Shown: positions 1 to 13,618 of the stretch, one piece after another
How positions within the stretch are numbered: position 1 is the stretch's first letter
Layout: every line of letters starts with the position of its first letter
From: Escherichia coli
Lineage (GTDB): Bacteria > Pseudomonadota > Gammaproteobacteria > Enterobacterales > Enterobacteriaceae
Assembly (NCBI RefSeq): GCF_050320075.1
Contig: NZ_CP190018.1
Length of the DNA stretch: 64,000 nucleotides
Direction: 5' to 3' (one strand)
Notes under the pieces: generated by a model
What the model was told of the DNA's origin: nothing
What the model saw: the letters and a program-made list of their open reading frames with translations, nothing else
The model's database searches: none
Position numbers and translations under genes: made by a program

Positions 1-212
1 TTTCCGCATTGGCGATTGCAGAGGCTAAAGGGAAAATTAAAAATAACGAAGTTGACGTTGTTTTACTTGGCCCGCAAGTTCGCTTTCAGAAACCAGAGAT
101 TGAAGCTGTTGCACAGGGGAAAATGCCTGTAGCTGTTATCGAGATGAAAGACTATGGCACCATGAACGGACAGGCAGTTCTTGAATTTGCGATGAAACTA
201 CTGCAAGAGTAA
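1..212 (+). CDS. PTS lactose/cellobiose-family EIIB component (5'-truncated by window edge)
   Basis: ORF in frame 3 runs from the window edge to the stop at 210-212; C-terminal motif DVVLLGPQVRF...MKDYG is typical of ChbB/CelA-type EIIB; directly followed by EIIC and EIIA genes. Confidence 0.7.
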   Translation, partial: SALAIAEAKGKIKNNEVDVVLLGPQVRFQKPEIEAVAQGKMPVAVIEMKDYGTMNGQAVLEFAMKLLQE

Positions 213-326
213 GAATCTAATATTATTAAACTATTACCTGAACTAACTTTTCACACATCATAAAATGGATATGGCATACATGCTTTATTGGGATGTATAA
301 ATATCCAGAACAACAGGTATAAAAAA

Positions 327-1649
327 ATGGGATTAATGACCTCATTCGAACGTGGAATGGAACGTTTTCTTGTTCCAGTTGCTATCAAGTTAAACTCACA
401 AAAACATGTTGCAGCGGTGAGAGATGGATTCGTTTTTACGTTTCCAATTATCATGGCAAGCTCATTAATTATATTAATTAACTTTGCCATATTATCGCCC
501 GACGGCTTTATTGCCGGGCTGCTGCATCTGAACAGCGTTTTCCCCAACCTTGAAAAAGCACAAGCTATTTTTACTCCGGTAATGAATGGCTCTGTAAATA
601 TCATGTCAATTATGATTGCTTTCCTGGTCGCCAGAAATATGGCGATTAGCTATGAGCAAGATGATCTTTTATGCGGATTAACGGCAATAGGAGCATTTTT
701 TATTGTTTATACGCCATATCAGATGATAGATGGGCAAGCATTCCTGACGACCAAATATCTCGGCGCACAGGGGTTGTTTGTTGCTGTTATCGTTGCATTA
801 ATCACCAGTGAAATATTTTGTCGCTTAGCTCGAAACCCAAAAATCACCATAACGATGCCGGCAGCTGTACCTCCTGCGGTATCGCGTTCATTTAAAGTTT
901 TATTGCCAATATTTTTTGTCATGGTGTTCTTTTCCGCACTTAATTATTGCCTGACACTGATATCCCCGGCAGGATTAAACGATCTCATTTACAAATTAAT
1001 CCAGACGCCGCTCAAACATATGGGAACGAATATCTTTGCGGTAATTATCCTGGGGGCTGTGGGTAATTTCCTGTGGGTGCTGGGGATCCACGGACCTAAT
1101 ACCACCTCGGCAATTCGAGAAACTGTTTTTTCTGAGGCTAATCTGGAGAATCTCTCCTGGGCCGCTCAACACGGCACTACCTGGGGCGCGCCATATCCGA
1201 TTACCTGGACTTCTATTAATGATGCATTCGCCAACTGCGGCGGTTCAGGTATGACGTTGGGGTTATTGTTGGCTATTTTTATCGCGTCTAAGCGTGCGGA
1301 ATACCGTGATCTGGCAAAAATGTCGTTTATCCCCGGTATTTTCAATATCAATGAACCGATAATGTTCGGCCTTCCTATTGTACTTAACCCCATCATGATG
1401 GTGCCGTTTATTCTGGTTCCCATTGTTAACTGTGCCATTGGTTACTTCTTTGTTTCGATGGAAATTATTCCACCGGTTGCTTATGCCGTGCCCTGGACTA
1501 CGCCCGGACCTTTAATTGCTTTCCTCGGAACCGGGGGAAACTGGCTGGCGTTACTGGTGGGTTTTTTATGTTTAGGTGTGGCGACAATGATCTATTTACC
1601 TTTTGTTATTGCCGCCAACAAGGTCAATAACTTAACAACTAACGGATAA
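327..1649 (+). CDS. PTS lactose/cellobiose-family EIIC permease
   Basis: 440-aa polytopic membrane protein from ATG at 327 (ORF track 288..1649); ChbC/CelB-like sequence; located between EIIB and EIIA genes. Confidence 0.85.
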   Translation: MGLMTSFERGMERFLVPVAIKLNSQKHVAAVRDGFVFTFPIIMASSLIILINFAILSPDGFIAGLLHLNSVFPNLEKAQAIFTPVMNGSVNIMSIMIAFLVARNMAISYEQDDLLCGLTAIGAFFIVYTPYQMIDGQAFLTTKYLGAQGLFVAVIVALITSEIFCRLARNPKITITMPAAVPPAVSRSFKVLLPIFFVMVFFSALNYCLTLISPAGLNDLIYKLIQTPLKHMGTNIFAVIILGAVGNFLWVLGIHGPNTTSAIRETVFSEANLENLSWAAQHGTTWGAPYPITWTSINDAFANCGGSGMTLGLLLAIFIASKRAEYRDLAKMSFIPGIFNINEPIMFGLPIVLNPIMMVPFILVPIVNCAIGYFFVSMEIIPPVAYAVPWTTPGPLIAFLGTGGNWLALLVGFLCLGVATMIYLPFVIAANKVNNLTTNG

Positions 1650-1676
1650 TCCCATTTACACAGGAAGGAGATGTTG

Positions 1677-1988
1677 ATGTTTGCAGATGAAGAACTTGTT
1701 ATGGAGTTACTGATCAACGCGGGACAGGCACGTTCTGATGCGATGGAAGCCATACGTTGTGCCGGGCAAAAAGACTGGCAGGGCGCAACTCAGCTAATGG
1801 CCAGTTCGGAATTAGCCTGTCTTCAGGCACATAAGATTCAGACCGCGTTAATTAGTCAGGATGAAGGTTGTGGCAAAATAGAAGTTAATTTAATTCTGGT
1901 TCATGCACAGGATCATTTGATGAATGCAATATTATGCCAGGATTTAGCCAGGGAAATTATTTCATTAAGAAAAGAGCTCCATGCCTGA
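1677..1988 (+). CDS. PTS lactose/cellobiose-family EIIA component
   Basis: About 103-aa helical protein resembling ChbA/CelC; GGAG Shine-Dalgarno at 1667-1670 favours ATG 1677 over ATG 1671. Confidence 0.8.
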   Translation: MFADEELVMELLINAGQARSDAMEAIRCAGQKDWQGATQLMASSELACLQAHKIQTALISQDEGCGKIEVNLILVHAQDHLMNAILCQDLAREIISLRKELHA

Positions 1989-2040
1989 TTTTTTCCTCCA
2001 GTGCGATAGCTGGAGGAAATTATTACACTCTTAAGGATAA

Positions 2041-5181
<3,141 letters not shown>

Positions 5182-5208
5182 GACTTCAGGAAGATATTAC
5201 GGAGATAT

Positions 5209-5230
5209 CAGGCTCTGTGATCAGAGCCTG
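5209..5230. terminator. Perfect 9-bp stem / 4-nt loop hairpin between convergent GH1 gene and marB (likely bidirectional terminator)
   Basis: CAGGCTCTG-TGAT-CAGAGCCTG read directly from sequence; lies between stop codons at 5181 (+) and 5238 (-). Confidence 0.5.
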
Positions 5231-5237
5231 ACAATAA

Positions 5238-5456
5238 CTACATAGCGTGTTGATTATAATAGGGCACGCCGAGCGCATCCGACTTATCACTGCCAGTACC
5301 CATGTGATTTAAATCAAACGGTGGTTGTTCCTGCGATGGGGGAACAACCACGACATTGGCACAGGAAGTAACAACCGGCTGCGTGGTTTGTTCCGCAATG
5401 CCCTGCGTGGAAAAGAGAATAAACGCAGCTGCTATTGCGGATAAAAGTGGTTTCAT
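5238..5456 (-). CDS. marB: Multiple antibiotic resistance protein MarB
   Basis: 72-aa periplasmic small protein with signal peptide; sequence recognised as MarB; immediately downstream of marA. Confidence 0.9.
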   Translation of the reverse strand: MKPLLSAIAAAFILFSTQGIAEQTTQPVVTSCANVVVVPPSQEQPPFDLNHMGTGSDKSDALGVPYYNQHAM

Positions 5457-5487
5457 GATTGCCTCAGTGACGTTGTCACGTTATCAA

Positions 5488-5871
5488 CTAGCTGTTGTAA
5501 TGATTTAATGGATGTAAAAAGCGCGATTCGCCCTGCATATTGGTCATCCGGTATTTATGTGGCGGAACATCAAAGTAATTTTTGAAGGTTCGGGTCAGAG
5601 TTTGTTGCGACTCGAAGCCATATCGTTCTGCCAGATAGAGTATCGGCTCGTTACTTTCCTTCAGCTTTTGCGCGATTTCCGTCATCTTACGGCTGCGGAT
5701 GTATTGGCCTAATGAATGACCGGTTTCTTTTTTAAACATCCGTTGCAGGTGCCATTTAGAGTAACCCGAACGCTCTGACACTTTCTCCAGTGACAGTGGC
5801 GATTCCAGGTTGTCCTCGATCCAGTCCAAAATGCTATGAATGGTAATAGCGTCAGTATTGCGTCTGGACAT
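5488..5871 (-). CDS. marA: AraC/XylS-family transcriptional activator MarA
   Basis: ORF 5488..5877 translates to MarA (…[69 protein letters not shown]…); start chosen at second Met to give the canonical 127 aa, the 129-aa alternative begins at 5877. Confidence 0.9.
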
Positions 5872-5891
5872 CGTCATACCTCTTTTTTTGT

Positions 5892-6326
5892 TTACGGCAG
5901 GACTTTCTTAAGCAAATGCTCAAGTGTTGCCACTTCGTCCGCCGTCAGGTTTTTTGTTAATTCTTGATGCAGGTCCTGGCCAACTAATTGATGGCATTGT
6001 TCACATATTGCCGCGCCGCTGGTGGTAAGTTTTACCAGTACGCCGCGCTTGTCATTCGGGTTCGGCAACCTTTCCACCCAGCCTTTACAGACCAGGCGAT
6101 CCAGCATACGGGTCAGCGCCCCCAGGTCGACCGATAACACTCTTTTCAGTTCAACCGGAGTAATACACGCCGCGCAGCGGATAGAGCAGAGCACCTTAAA
6201 CTGTGCCGCGGTAATATCCAGCGGAGACAGATACTCGTTAAGCAGGCGATCTTTCTTCTGATTAACCATATGGATTAAGCGACCCAATGGAATAATTTCA
6301 TTGAACAGATCGCTGGTACTTTTCAC
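5892..6326 (-). CDS. marR: Transcriptional repressor MarR
   Basis: 144-aa winged-helix repressor recognised as MarR; GTG start at 6324-6326; first gene of marRAB. Confidence 0.92.
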
Positions 6327-6331
6327 ATTAG

Positions 6332-6425
6332 TTGCCCTGGCAAGTAATTAGTTGCAGGGGATAATATTGCCCAGGCAAGTATAAGTCAAATGAATGAATT
6401 GACCGATGCCACGTTTTGCTAAATC
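6332..6425 (-). promoter_or_regulatory. marO operator/promoter region: two MarR palindromes (TTGCCCTGGCAA 6332-6343; TTGCCCAGGCAA 6367-6378) and marbox (6401-6425)
   Basis: Both TTGCC-N2-GGCAA palindromes are visible; the sequence at 6401-6425 is the reverse complement of the canonical marbox GATTTAGCAAAACGTGGCATCGGTC; positioned between divergent marR and marC. Confidence 0.8.
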
Positions 6426-6537
6426 GGTTCAAGTTTTGGTCAATGCGATGCAAGGCTAGCTAAAGAGTGACACTTTATCGTTGTTTACCCCTTATACTTT
6501 TCGCTGATAACCCAGATACACAGGATAACAACCACCA

Positions 6538-7203
6538 ATGTTAGATTTATTTAAAGCAATTGGCCTGGGGCTGGTGGTGTTACTACCGTTAGCTAACCCA
6601 TTAACAACTGTCGCGTTATTTCTTGGCCTGGCAGGCAACATGAACAGTGCCGAACGTAATCGTCAGTCGTTGATGGCCTCGGTGTACGTCTTTGCCATCA
6701 TGATGGTGGCGTATTACGCCGGGCAACTGGTGATGGATACATTTGGCATTTCGATTCCCGGTCTGCGAATTGCAGGCGGCTTAATCGTCGCGTTTATCGG
6801 TTTTCGGATGCTTTTTCCGCAACAGAAAGCGATTGATTCACCGGAGGCGAAAAGCAAGTCGGAAGAGCTGGAAGATGAACCCAGCGCCAATATTGCTTTT
6901 GTACCACTGGCAATGCCAAGTACCGCCGGTCCGGGAACCATTGCAATGATTATTAGCTCGGCGTCCACAGTGCGTCAGAGTTCAACCTTCGCTGATTGGG
7001 TGCTGATGGTTGCGCCGCCGCTGATCTTTTTCCTGGTGGCGGTTATTTTGTGGGGAAGTCTACGCAGCTCTGGCGCAATTATGCGGCTGGTGGGTAAGGG
7101 GGGCATTGAAGCGATCTCCCGTCTGATGGGATTCCTGCTGGTATGTATGGGGGTGCAGTTTATTATTAACGGCATCCTGGAAATCATTAAAACGTACCAC
7201 TAA
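6538..7203 (+). CDS. marC: Inner-membrane protein MarC (UPF0056 family)
   Basis: 221-aa polytopic membrane protein; divergent from marRAB. Confidence 0.88.
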   Translation: MLDLFKAIGLGLVVLLPLANPLTTVALFLGLAGNMNSAERNRQSLMASVYVFAIMMVAYYAGQLVMDTFGISIPGLRIAGGLIVAFIGFRMLFPQQKAIDSPEAKSKSEELEDEPSANIAFVPLAMPSTAGPGTIAMIISSASTVRQSSTFADWVLMVAPPLIFFLVAVILWGSLRSSGAIMRLVGKGGIEAISRLMGFLLVCMGVQFIINGILEIIKTYH

Positions 7204-7204
7204 A

Positions 7205-7224
7205 AAAGGCCCAAATGGGCCTTT
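7205..7224. terminator. Hairpin terminator between convergent marC and sotB
   Basis: AAAGGCCC-AAAT-GGGCCTTT stem-loop flanked by A-run and T-run, usable from both strands. Confidence 0.65.
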
Positions 7225-7227
7225 CAA

Positions 7228-8418
7228 CTATTGTGTCTGTTCTTCGAGTGTCACTGGCCAGCGGCGGAAAATGATGATTGACCATATTAACGCGGCAAAG
7301 GCAGGCACCGCGCCCACATAACCAATCATCGACATTGACCAGTGCAGACTTACCTGATTACCTACCAACGCACCCGCGCCGATTCCAATATTAAATATCC
7401 CCGAGAATAGCGCCATCGCGACGTCGGTGGCATCTGGTGCCAGCGCCAGCACTTTAACCTGCATACCAAGCCCGATGATCATCATCGCGATCCCCCAGAA
7501 AATACTTAGCACCCCGAGGTGTATTTCACTGTTCGCCGCAGGTAGCAGCAGTGCGAGGCACACCAGCAACAACGCAATCGCCGTACTCACCAACGCAGAC
7601 GCATACTGATTACCCAGTTTCCCGAAAATCACGCTGCCAATAATGCCCGCACCACCGAGTAATAACAGTAATGCCGTGGCAAAGTTGGCGCTGAATCCCG
7701 CAATGTTTTGCACAAAAGGCTCGATATAGCTGTATGCCGTGTAATGGGCGGTGACAACCACCACAGTTAACAAATAAATGCTCATTAATGCCGGGCGGCG
7801 GAACAATAGCGGGAGGCTTTTCAATGAACCGGAATGCTCACTGGGCAGCAAGGGAAGTAACTTAATCAGGCACAAAAGGGTAATAAACGCCCCGATACCA
7901 ATCGCGAAGAAGGTCATTCGCCAGCCAAAATACTGCCCCACAATGCGCCCGAGAGGTAAACCTAATACCATTGCCAGTGCTGTACCGGTGGCAATTAAAC
8001 TCAACGCCTGCGCTCGCTTCCCGGCCGGAGCCATACGGATCGCCAGAGACGCCGTAATCGACCAGAAAATCGCATGTGCAAAAGCCACACCAATGCGACT
8101 GATCACCAGAACGGTAAAGCTCCACGACAAAAACGACAGTACGTGGCTGGCAATAAATACCACAAACAGGCAGATCAGTAATTTGCGCCGTTCAACCTGG
8201 CTGGTCATTAACATAAAAGGCAATGACATTAGCGCTACTACCCATGCGTAAATGGTCAACATAATGCCGACCTGAGCGGTTTGCATGTGAAAACTTTGCG
8301 CAATGTCAGAGAGCAGGCCAACTGGGACAAATTCGGTGGTGTTGAAGATGAAGGCGGCGACTGCCAGCGTAACGACCCGTAGCCACGCCACTTTGCGGGA
8401 AACAGTGTTTGTTGTCAT
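7228..8418 (-). CDS. sotB: MFS sugar efflux transporter SotB (YdeA)
   Basis: 396-aa 12-TM MFS protein recognised as SotB/YdeA; synteny with marC. Confidence 0.85.
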   Translation of the reverse strand: MTTNTVSRKVAWLRVVTLAVAAFIFNTTEFVPVGLLSDIAQSFHMQTAQVGIMLTIYAWVVALMSLPFMLMTSQVERRKLLICLFVVFIASHVLSFLSWSFTVLVISRIGVAFAHAIFWSITASLAIRMAPAGKRAQALSLIATGTALAMVLGLPLGRIVGQYFGWRMTFFAIGIGAFITLLCLIKLLPLLPSEHSGSLKSLPLLFRRPALMSIYLLTVVVVTAHYTAYSYIEPFVQNIAGFSANFATALLLLLGGAGIIGSVIFGKLGNQYASALVSTAIALLLVCLALLLPAANSEIHLGVLSIFWGIAMMIIGLGMQVKVLALAPDATDVAMALFSGIFNIGIGAGALVGNQVSLHWSMSMIGYVGAVPAFAALIWSIIIFRRWPVTLEEQTQ

Positions 8419-8567
8419 AACAGATTATCGGGTGAGTTGCGAAAAAGTGATGAAATGATCTTAAAACGGTTAATGATGTGAATACAATGCATTTGTGATC
8501 TGGATCGCGTTTTCCGTTTCTCTGACGCTGATTCTGTTCCGCGTCAGAGAGTCGGTAACATCACGGT

Positions 8568-9683
8568 TTAATGACGTTCAGGGAGGTCTGGCGTTTTGGC
8601 GGTTGCGGGTATAGGTGATCTGACAGGGGAGCGAGGCCTGTTTTTCACCAGGTCTTCGTGAGTAACTTTTGGCGGCGTTTCATTTTTTACAAAAAGTTTG
8701 AGGGTCCTGCGCGCCATATGTTTGATAATTTTATCATCACTTAATGATGCTGGCATCAACACGTCAATCAAATCACTTTCATTGGGATTCATAAATTGGT
8801 GATAGTGCAATAACATATTGGCGAAAAATAAAAACAAGTCCTGAAAATGTGGAAAATCTTGTTCTGTTAAAAGGGATAAAAAGCAGATGCAGACTTCTGG
8901 TAGTACATGTTTGTTAGAACCTAGTGAATCCATCAGACTTTGCAATAAATCCTCTTTTAATTCGCTGTCCGTTATGTCGAGAATAGCGGTGAGCAAGTTA
9001 GGTTCTTTATTCCCGAACCATCTGTGAACCTCAGAGTTATTCCATAATCGGGGGAGTATGACAAAATTACCGCGAGAGATAAAATTCAGGACAAGCAAAT
9101 CAAACTGGCGTAAGTAATCTGCAGCGGTATGGTGATCCGGATGCAGGGGTTCAATATGTGGCGTATGCGCTCTTTTGATAGGAACGCCAGGGTTGATCAT
9201 TGGAAATTGTTCTATAAAGTCATTCAGAAACAGAAAGAGCACACGCTCGACGCCAGTCTGAAATACGCGCCCCATAGTGACAGGCTTTGGGTTGGGAGCG
9301 CAAAAAATATTAATTTCCCCATCATGGCGGAAATTATCTAAATAAATAGGGCTTAAATTTATTACTACCTGAAATTCAATATCTTCTTTGTGTCTTCCAT
9401 TCCTGGCAGGATAAGTGAGTTTAAATTGAACTTTTTCATTGTATAGCGTGTCGTTACCCCGGAAAGAGGTTCTCTGAATATATGACAAGTTATCAAGGTT
9501 ATTAAATATCTTTTTTGTGGCTGAGCTGATGTTTAAAGACGTACGCCACTCTTCATCACATATTATTGTACTTAGCGCATCAATAAAATCCTTTAAAACT
9601 TCTTTTACCTGAGGTGCAATATTACGAACGGGAAAATCATCAGGAAGAGATATGTAATTGCTGATGCTTACTGGCGTAACCAT
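8568..9683 (-). CDS. yneK: Uncharacterised protein YneK
   Basis: 371-aa ORF at the position expected for yneK between sotB and yneJ. Confidence 0.7.
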   Translation of the reverse strand: MVTPVSISNYISLPDDFPVRNIAPQVKEVLKDFIDALSTIICDEEWRTSLNISSATKKIFNNLDNLSYIQRTSFRGNDTLYNEKVQFKLTYPARNGRHKEDIEFQVVINLSPIYLDNFRHDGEINIFCAPNPKPVTMGRVFQTGVERVLFLFLNDFIEQFPMINPGVPIKRAHTPHIEPLHPDHHTAADYLRQFDLLVLNFISRGNFVILPRLWNNSEVHRWFGNKEPNLLTAILDITDSELKEDLLQSLMDSLGSNKHVLPEVCICFLSLLTEQDFPHFQDLFLFFANMLLHYHQFMNPNESDLIDVLMPASLSDDKIIKHMARRTLKLFVKNETPPKVTHEDLVKNRPRSPVRSPIPATAKTPDLPERH

Positions 9684-9766
9684 ATTTGCCCCATATAGTC
9701 ATAAGTCATCGGAGCATCACTATATAGAGCATATTAGCCGCAAGAACTATCAAAAATAGCTCATTG

Positions 9767-10642
9767 CTAACTCTGTTTTGCCGAGTCAGACACATCCAGT
9801 AGTTGAATAAATGCCTCAAGCGGACGCGTTTTCGCACCGCGACGCCAGACCAGCCAGGTTGTTAACCAACGCCATTGCTCAGCTAACGGCCACGCTTCAA
9901 CCTGGTGATGCCCCGGCATACTTTCCAGCATAGAGCGTGGAATAAGCGCAATGCCTGCTCCTGCGACCACACAGGCCAACATCCCGTGATACGACTCCAT
10001 CTCGTGAATAGTTCCCGGAGCGGCACCGTCAGCATGAAACCAGCTCTCGAAGTGGCGACGATACGAACAATTGGCGCGGAAGGCATAAATGTTACTGCCA
10101 TTAACCTGACTGGCACGGGTTACTGGCGCATGTCCTTGTGGCGTGACAATCATCAGCTCCTCGCGGTACACCGGTATCCCGTCAATGGCAGTATGGTTAA
10201 TGGGCCCATCAATAAACGCCGCATTCAGTTTTCCCTCCAGCACCCCTTCCAGCATAGTGCCGGAAGGGCCGGTGGAAAGTGAAAACTGAATTTTGGGATA
10301 ACGACGGTTAAATTCCGCCAGCGTGGCCGGAATGCGCACTGCTGCGGTGCTTTCCAGCGAACCAAGAGAAAATAAACCTTGCGGCTCATCGCCAGCGACA
10401 ATGCTCCGCGCTTCATCCACTAATGCGAGAATTTGTTGGCTATAGCGTAAAAAGTTATGCCCGGCAGGCGAGAGACGTAAACGCTGATTCTCGCGAATAA
10501 ACAGATCAACCCCCAGTTCTGTTTCCAGCTGGCGTAGACGGGTAGTGAGATTCGACGGCACGCGATGCACTTTTGCTGCAGCCTGGGTAATGCTGCCAGC
10601 TTCGGCAACCGCGTTGAACATCTCCAGTTGGGTCAGATCCAT
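9767..10642 (-). CDS. yneJ: LysR-family transcriptional regulator YneJ
   Basis: N-terminal HTH ([40 protein letters not shown]) and LysR substrate-binding domain; divergent from sad. Confidence 0.82.
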   Translation of the reverse strand: MDLTQLEMFNAVAEAGSITQAAAKVHRVPSNLTTRLRQLETELGVDLFIRENQRLRLSPAGHNFLRYSQQILALVDEARSIVAGDEPQGLFSLGSLESTAAVRIPATLAEFNRRYPKIQFSLSTGPSGTMLEGVLEGKLNAAFIDGPINHTAIDGIPVYREELMIVTPQGHAPVTRASQVNGSNIYAFRANCSYRRHFESWFHADGAAPGTIHEMESYHGMLACVVAGAGIALIPRSMLESMPGHHQVEAWPLAEQWRWLTTWLVWRRGAKTRPLEAFIQLLDVSDSAKQS

Positions 10643-10742
10643 AATATTCTCGATTCATGAATAAGTGGCTTAATATTATTCATTTTCAAGCAAGAGTAAA
10701 TCTGCGTATCTTTTTACCATAACTCATAAAGGAGATACCCCG

Positions 10743-12131
10743 ATGACCATTACTCCGGCAACTCATGCAATTTCGATAAATCCTGCCACCGGTGAACAAC
10801 TTTCTGTGCTGCCGTGGGCTGGCGCTGACGATATAGAAAACGCACTTCAGCTGGCGGCAGCAGGCTTTCGCGACTGGCGCGAGACAAATATAGATTATCG
10901 TGCTGAAAAACTGCGTGATATCGGTAAGGCTCTGCGTGTCCGTAGCGAAGAAATGGCGCAAATGATCACCCGTGAAATGGGCAAACCAATCAACCAGGCG
11001 CGCGCTGAAGTGGCGAAATCGGCGAATTTGTGTGACTGGTATGCAGAACATGGTCCGGCAATGCTGAAGGCGGAACCTACGCTGGTGGAAAATCAGCAGG
11101 CAGTTATTGAGTATCGACCGTTGGGGACAATTCTGGCGATTATGCCGTGGAATTTTCCGTTATGGCAGGTGATGCGTGGCGCGGTTCCTATCATTCTTGC
11201 AGGTAACGGCTACTTACTTAAACATGCGCCGAATGTGATGGGCTGTGCACAGCTCATTGCCCAGGTCTTTAAAGATGCGGGTATCCCACAAGGCGTATAT
11301 GGCTGGCTGAATGCCGACAACGACGGCGTCAGTCAGATGATTAAAGACTCGCGCATTGCTGCTGTCACGGTGACCGGAAGTGTTCGTGCGGGAGCGGCTA
11401 TTGGCGCACAGGCTGGAGCGGCACTGAAAAAATGCGTACTGGAACTGGGCGGTTCGGATCCATTTATTGTGCTTAACGATGCCGATCTGGAACTGGCGGT
11501 TAAAGCGGCGGTAGCCGGACGTTATCAGAATACCGGACAGGTTTGTGCAGCGGCAAAACGCTTTATCATCGAAGAGGGAATTGCTTCGGCATTTACCGAA
11601 CGTTTTGTGGCAGCTGCGGCAGCCTTGAAAATGGGCGATCCCCGTGACGAAGAGAACACTCTCGGACCAATGGCTCGTTTTGATTTACGTGATGAGCTGC
11701 ATCATCAGGTGGAGAAAACCCTGGCGCAGGGTGCGCGTTTGTTACTGGGCGGGGAAAAGATGGCTGGGGCAGGTAACTACTATCCGCCAACGGTTCTGGC
11801 GAATGTTACCCCAGAAATGACCGCGTTTCGGGAAGAAATGTTTGGCCCCGTTGCGGCAATCACCATTGCGAAAGATGCAGAACATGCACTGGAACTGGCT
11901 AATAATAGCGAGTTCGGCCTTTCAGCGACCATTTTCACCACCGACGAAACACAGGCCAGACAGATGGCGGCACGTCTGGAATGCGGTGGGGTGTTTATCA
12001 ATGGTTATTGTGCCAGCGACGCGCGAGTGGCCTTTGGTGGCGTGAAAAAGAGTGGCTTTGGTCGTGAGCTTTCCCATTTCGGCTTACACGAATTCTGTAA
12101 TATCCAGACGGTGTGGAAAGACCGGATCTGA
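10743..12131 (+). CDS. sad: NAD+-dependent succinate-semialdehyde dehydrogenase Sad (YneI)
   Basis: 462-aa aldehyde dehydrogenase with catalytic Cys motif (GQVCAAAKR) and ELGG motif; synteny. Confidence 0.88.
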   Translation: MTITPATHAISINPATGEQLSVLPWAGADDIENALQLAAAGFRDWRETNIDYRAEKLRDIGKALRVRSEEMAQMITREMGKPINQARAEVAKSANLCDWYAEHGPAMLKAEPTLVENQQAVIEYRPLGTILAIMPWNFPLWQVMRGAVPIILAGNGYLLKHAPNVMGCAQLIAQVFKDAGIPQGVYGWLNADNDGVSQMIKDSRIAAVTVTGSVRAGAAIGAQAGAALKKCVLELGGSDPFIVLNDADLELAVKAAVAGRYQNTGQVCAAAKRFIIEEGIASAFTERFVAAAAALKMGDPRDEENTLGPMARFDLRDELHHQVEKTLAQGARLLLGGEKMAGAGNYYPPTVLANVTPEMTAFREEMFGPVAAITIAKDAEHALELANNSEFGLSATIFTTDETQARQMAARLECGGVFINGYCASDARVAFGGVKKSGFGRELSHFGLHEFCNIQTVWKDRI

Positions 12132-12194
12132 CGCTACATATTCAGCTCTGATATACTCGCAGGTCTTTTCAGACCTGCGGTCCAGGAGTAGAAA

Positions 12195-13121
12195 GTGGCA
12201 GTCGCCATGGATAATGCAATTTTAGAAAACATCTTGCGGCAAGTGCGGCCGCTCATTGGTCAGGGTAAAGTCGCGGATTATATTCCGGCGCTGGCTACGG
12301 TAGACGGTTCCCGGCTGGGTATTGCTATCTGTACCGTTGACGGACAGCTTTTTCAGGCCGGAGACGCGCAAGAACGTTTTTCCATTCAGTCTATTTCCAA
12401 AGTGCTGAGTCTCGTTGTCGCCATGCGTCATTACTCCGAAGAGGAAATCTGGCAACGCGTCGGCAAAGATCCGTCTGGATCACCGTTCAATTCTTTAGTG
12501 CAACTGGAAATGGAGCAGGGTATTCCGCGTAATCCGTTTATTAATGCCGGTGCGCTGGTGGTCTGCGATATGTTGCAAGGGCGATTAAGCGCTCCTCGGC
12601 AACGTATGCTGGAAGTCGTGCGCGGCTTAAGCGGTGTGTCTGATATTTCATACGATACGGTGGTAGCGCGTTCCGAATTTGAACACTCCGCGCGAAATGC
12701 GGCTATCGCCTGGCTGATGAAGTCGTTTGGCAATTTCCATCATGATGTGACAACCGTTCTGCAAAACTACTTTCATTACTGCGCTCTGAAAATGAGCTGT
12801 GTAGAGCTGGCCCGGACGTTTGTCTTTCTGGCTAATCAGGGGAAAGCTATTCATATTGATGAACCTGTGGTGACGCCAATGCAGGCGCGGCAAATTAACG
12901 CACTGATGGCGACCAGTGGTATGTACCAGAACGCGGGGGAGTTTGCCTGGCGGGTGGGACTACCGGCGAAATCTGGCGTTGGTGGCGGTATTGTGGCGAT
13001 TGTTCCGCATGAAATGGCCATCGCAGTCTGGAGCCCGGAACTGGATGATGCCGGTAACTCGCTTGCGGGCATTGCTGTCCTTGAACAATTGACGAAACAA
13101 CTAGGGCGTTCGGTTTATTAA
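12195..13121 (+). CDS. glsB: Glutaminase 2 GlsB (YneH)
   Basis: 308-aa serine-dependent glutaminase; N-terminus [16 protein letters not shown]...; GTG start. Confidence 0.88.
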   Translation: MAVAMDNAILENILRQVRPLIGQGKVADYIPALATVDGSRLGIAICTVDGQLFQAGDAQERFSIQSISKVLSLVVAMRHYSEEEIWQRVGKDPSGSPFNSLVQLEMEQGIPRNPFINAGALVVCDMLQGRLSAPRQRMLEVVRGLSGVSDISYDTVVARSEFEHSARNAAIAWLMKSFGNFHHDVTTVLQNYFHYCALKMSCVELARTFVFLANQGKAIHIDEPVVTPMQARQINALMATSGMYQNAGEFAWRVGLPAKSGVGGGIVAIVPHEMAIAVWSPELDDAGNSLAGIAVLEQLTKQLGRSVY

Positions 13122-13480
13122 TGCAGCCTCTCGATCCACTCTTCGCGCGTTTATCCCGTTCAAAATTTCGCTCTCGGTTTCGTTTGGGCATGAAAGAGCG
13201 TCAGTATTGTCTGGAGAAAGGCGCGCCAGTCATCGAACAACATGCGGCGGATTTTGTCGCTAAACGTCTTGCTCCGGCATTACCGACTAATGACGGTAAG
13301 CAAACCCCCATGCGCGGGCATCCTGTGTTTATCGCTCAGCACGCCACTGCAACCTGTTGTCGCGGTTGTCTGGCTAAGTGGCATAACATTCCGCAGGGTG
13401 TTTCGTTAAGCGAGGAACAACAACGTTATATCGTGGCGGTAATCTATCACTGGTTGGTTATACAGATGAATCAGCCATGA
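13121..13480 (+). CDS. yneG: DUF4186-family protein YneG
   Basis: 119-aa ORF whose start overlaps the glsB stop; Cys-containing small protein at the yneG position. Confidence 0.7.
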   Translation: MQPLDPLFARLSRSKFRSRFRLGMKERQYCLEKGAPVIEQHAADFVAKRLAPALPTNDGKQTPMRGHPVFIAQHATATCCRGCLAKWHNIPQGVSLSEEQQRYIVAVIYHWLVIQMNQP

Positions 13481-13618
13481 TAATTGCGGAAAACGATAAA
13501 ATAGCATTCCCAGGATATCTTTATTTGCCGCCGCTGTCAGCGAACATGCTATCCTTTATAAGAATTTACTTATTACGTTGAGATAATTGCCACCCGCAAT
13601 TGTATGGACAGATAATTA

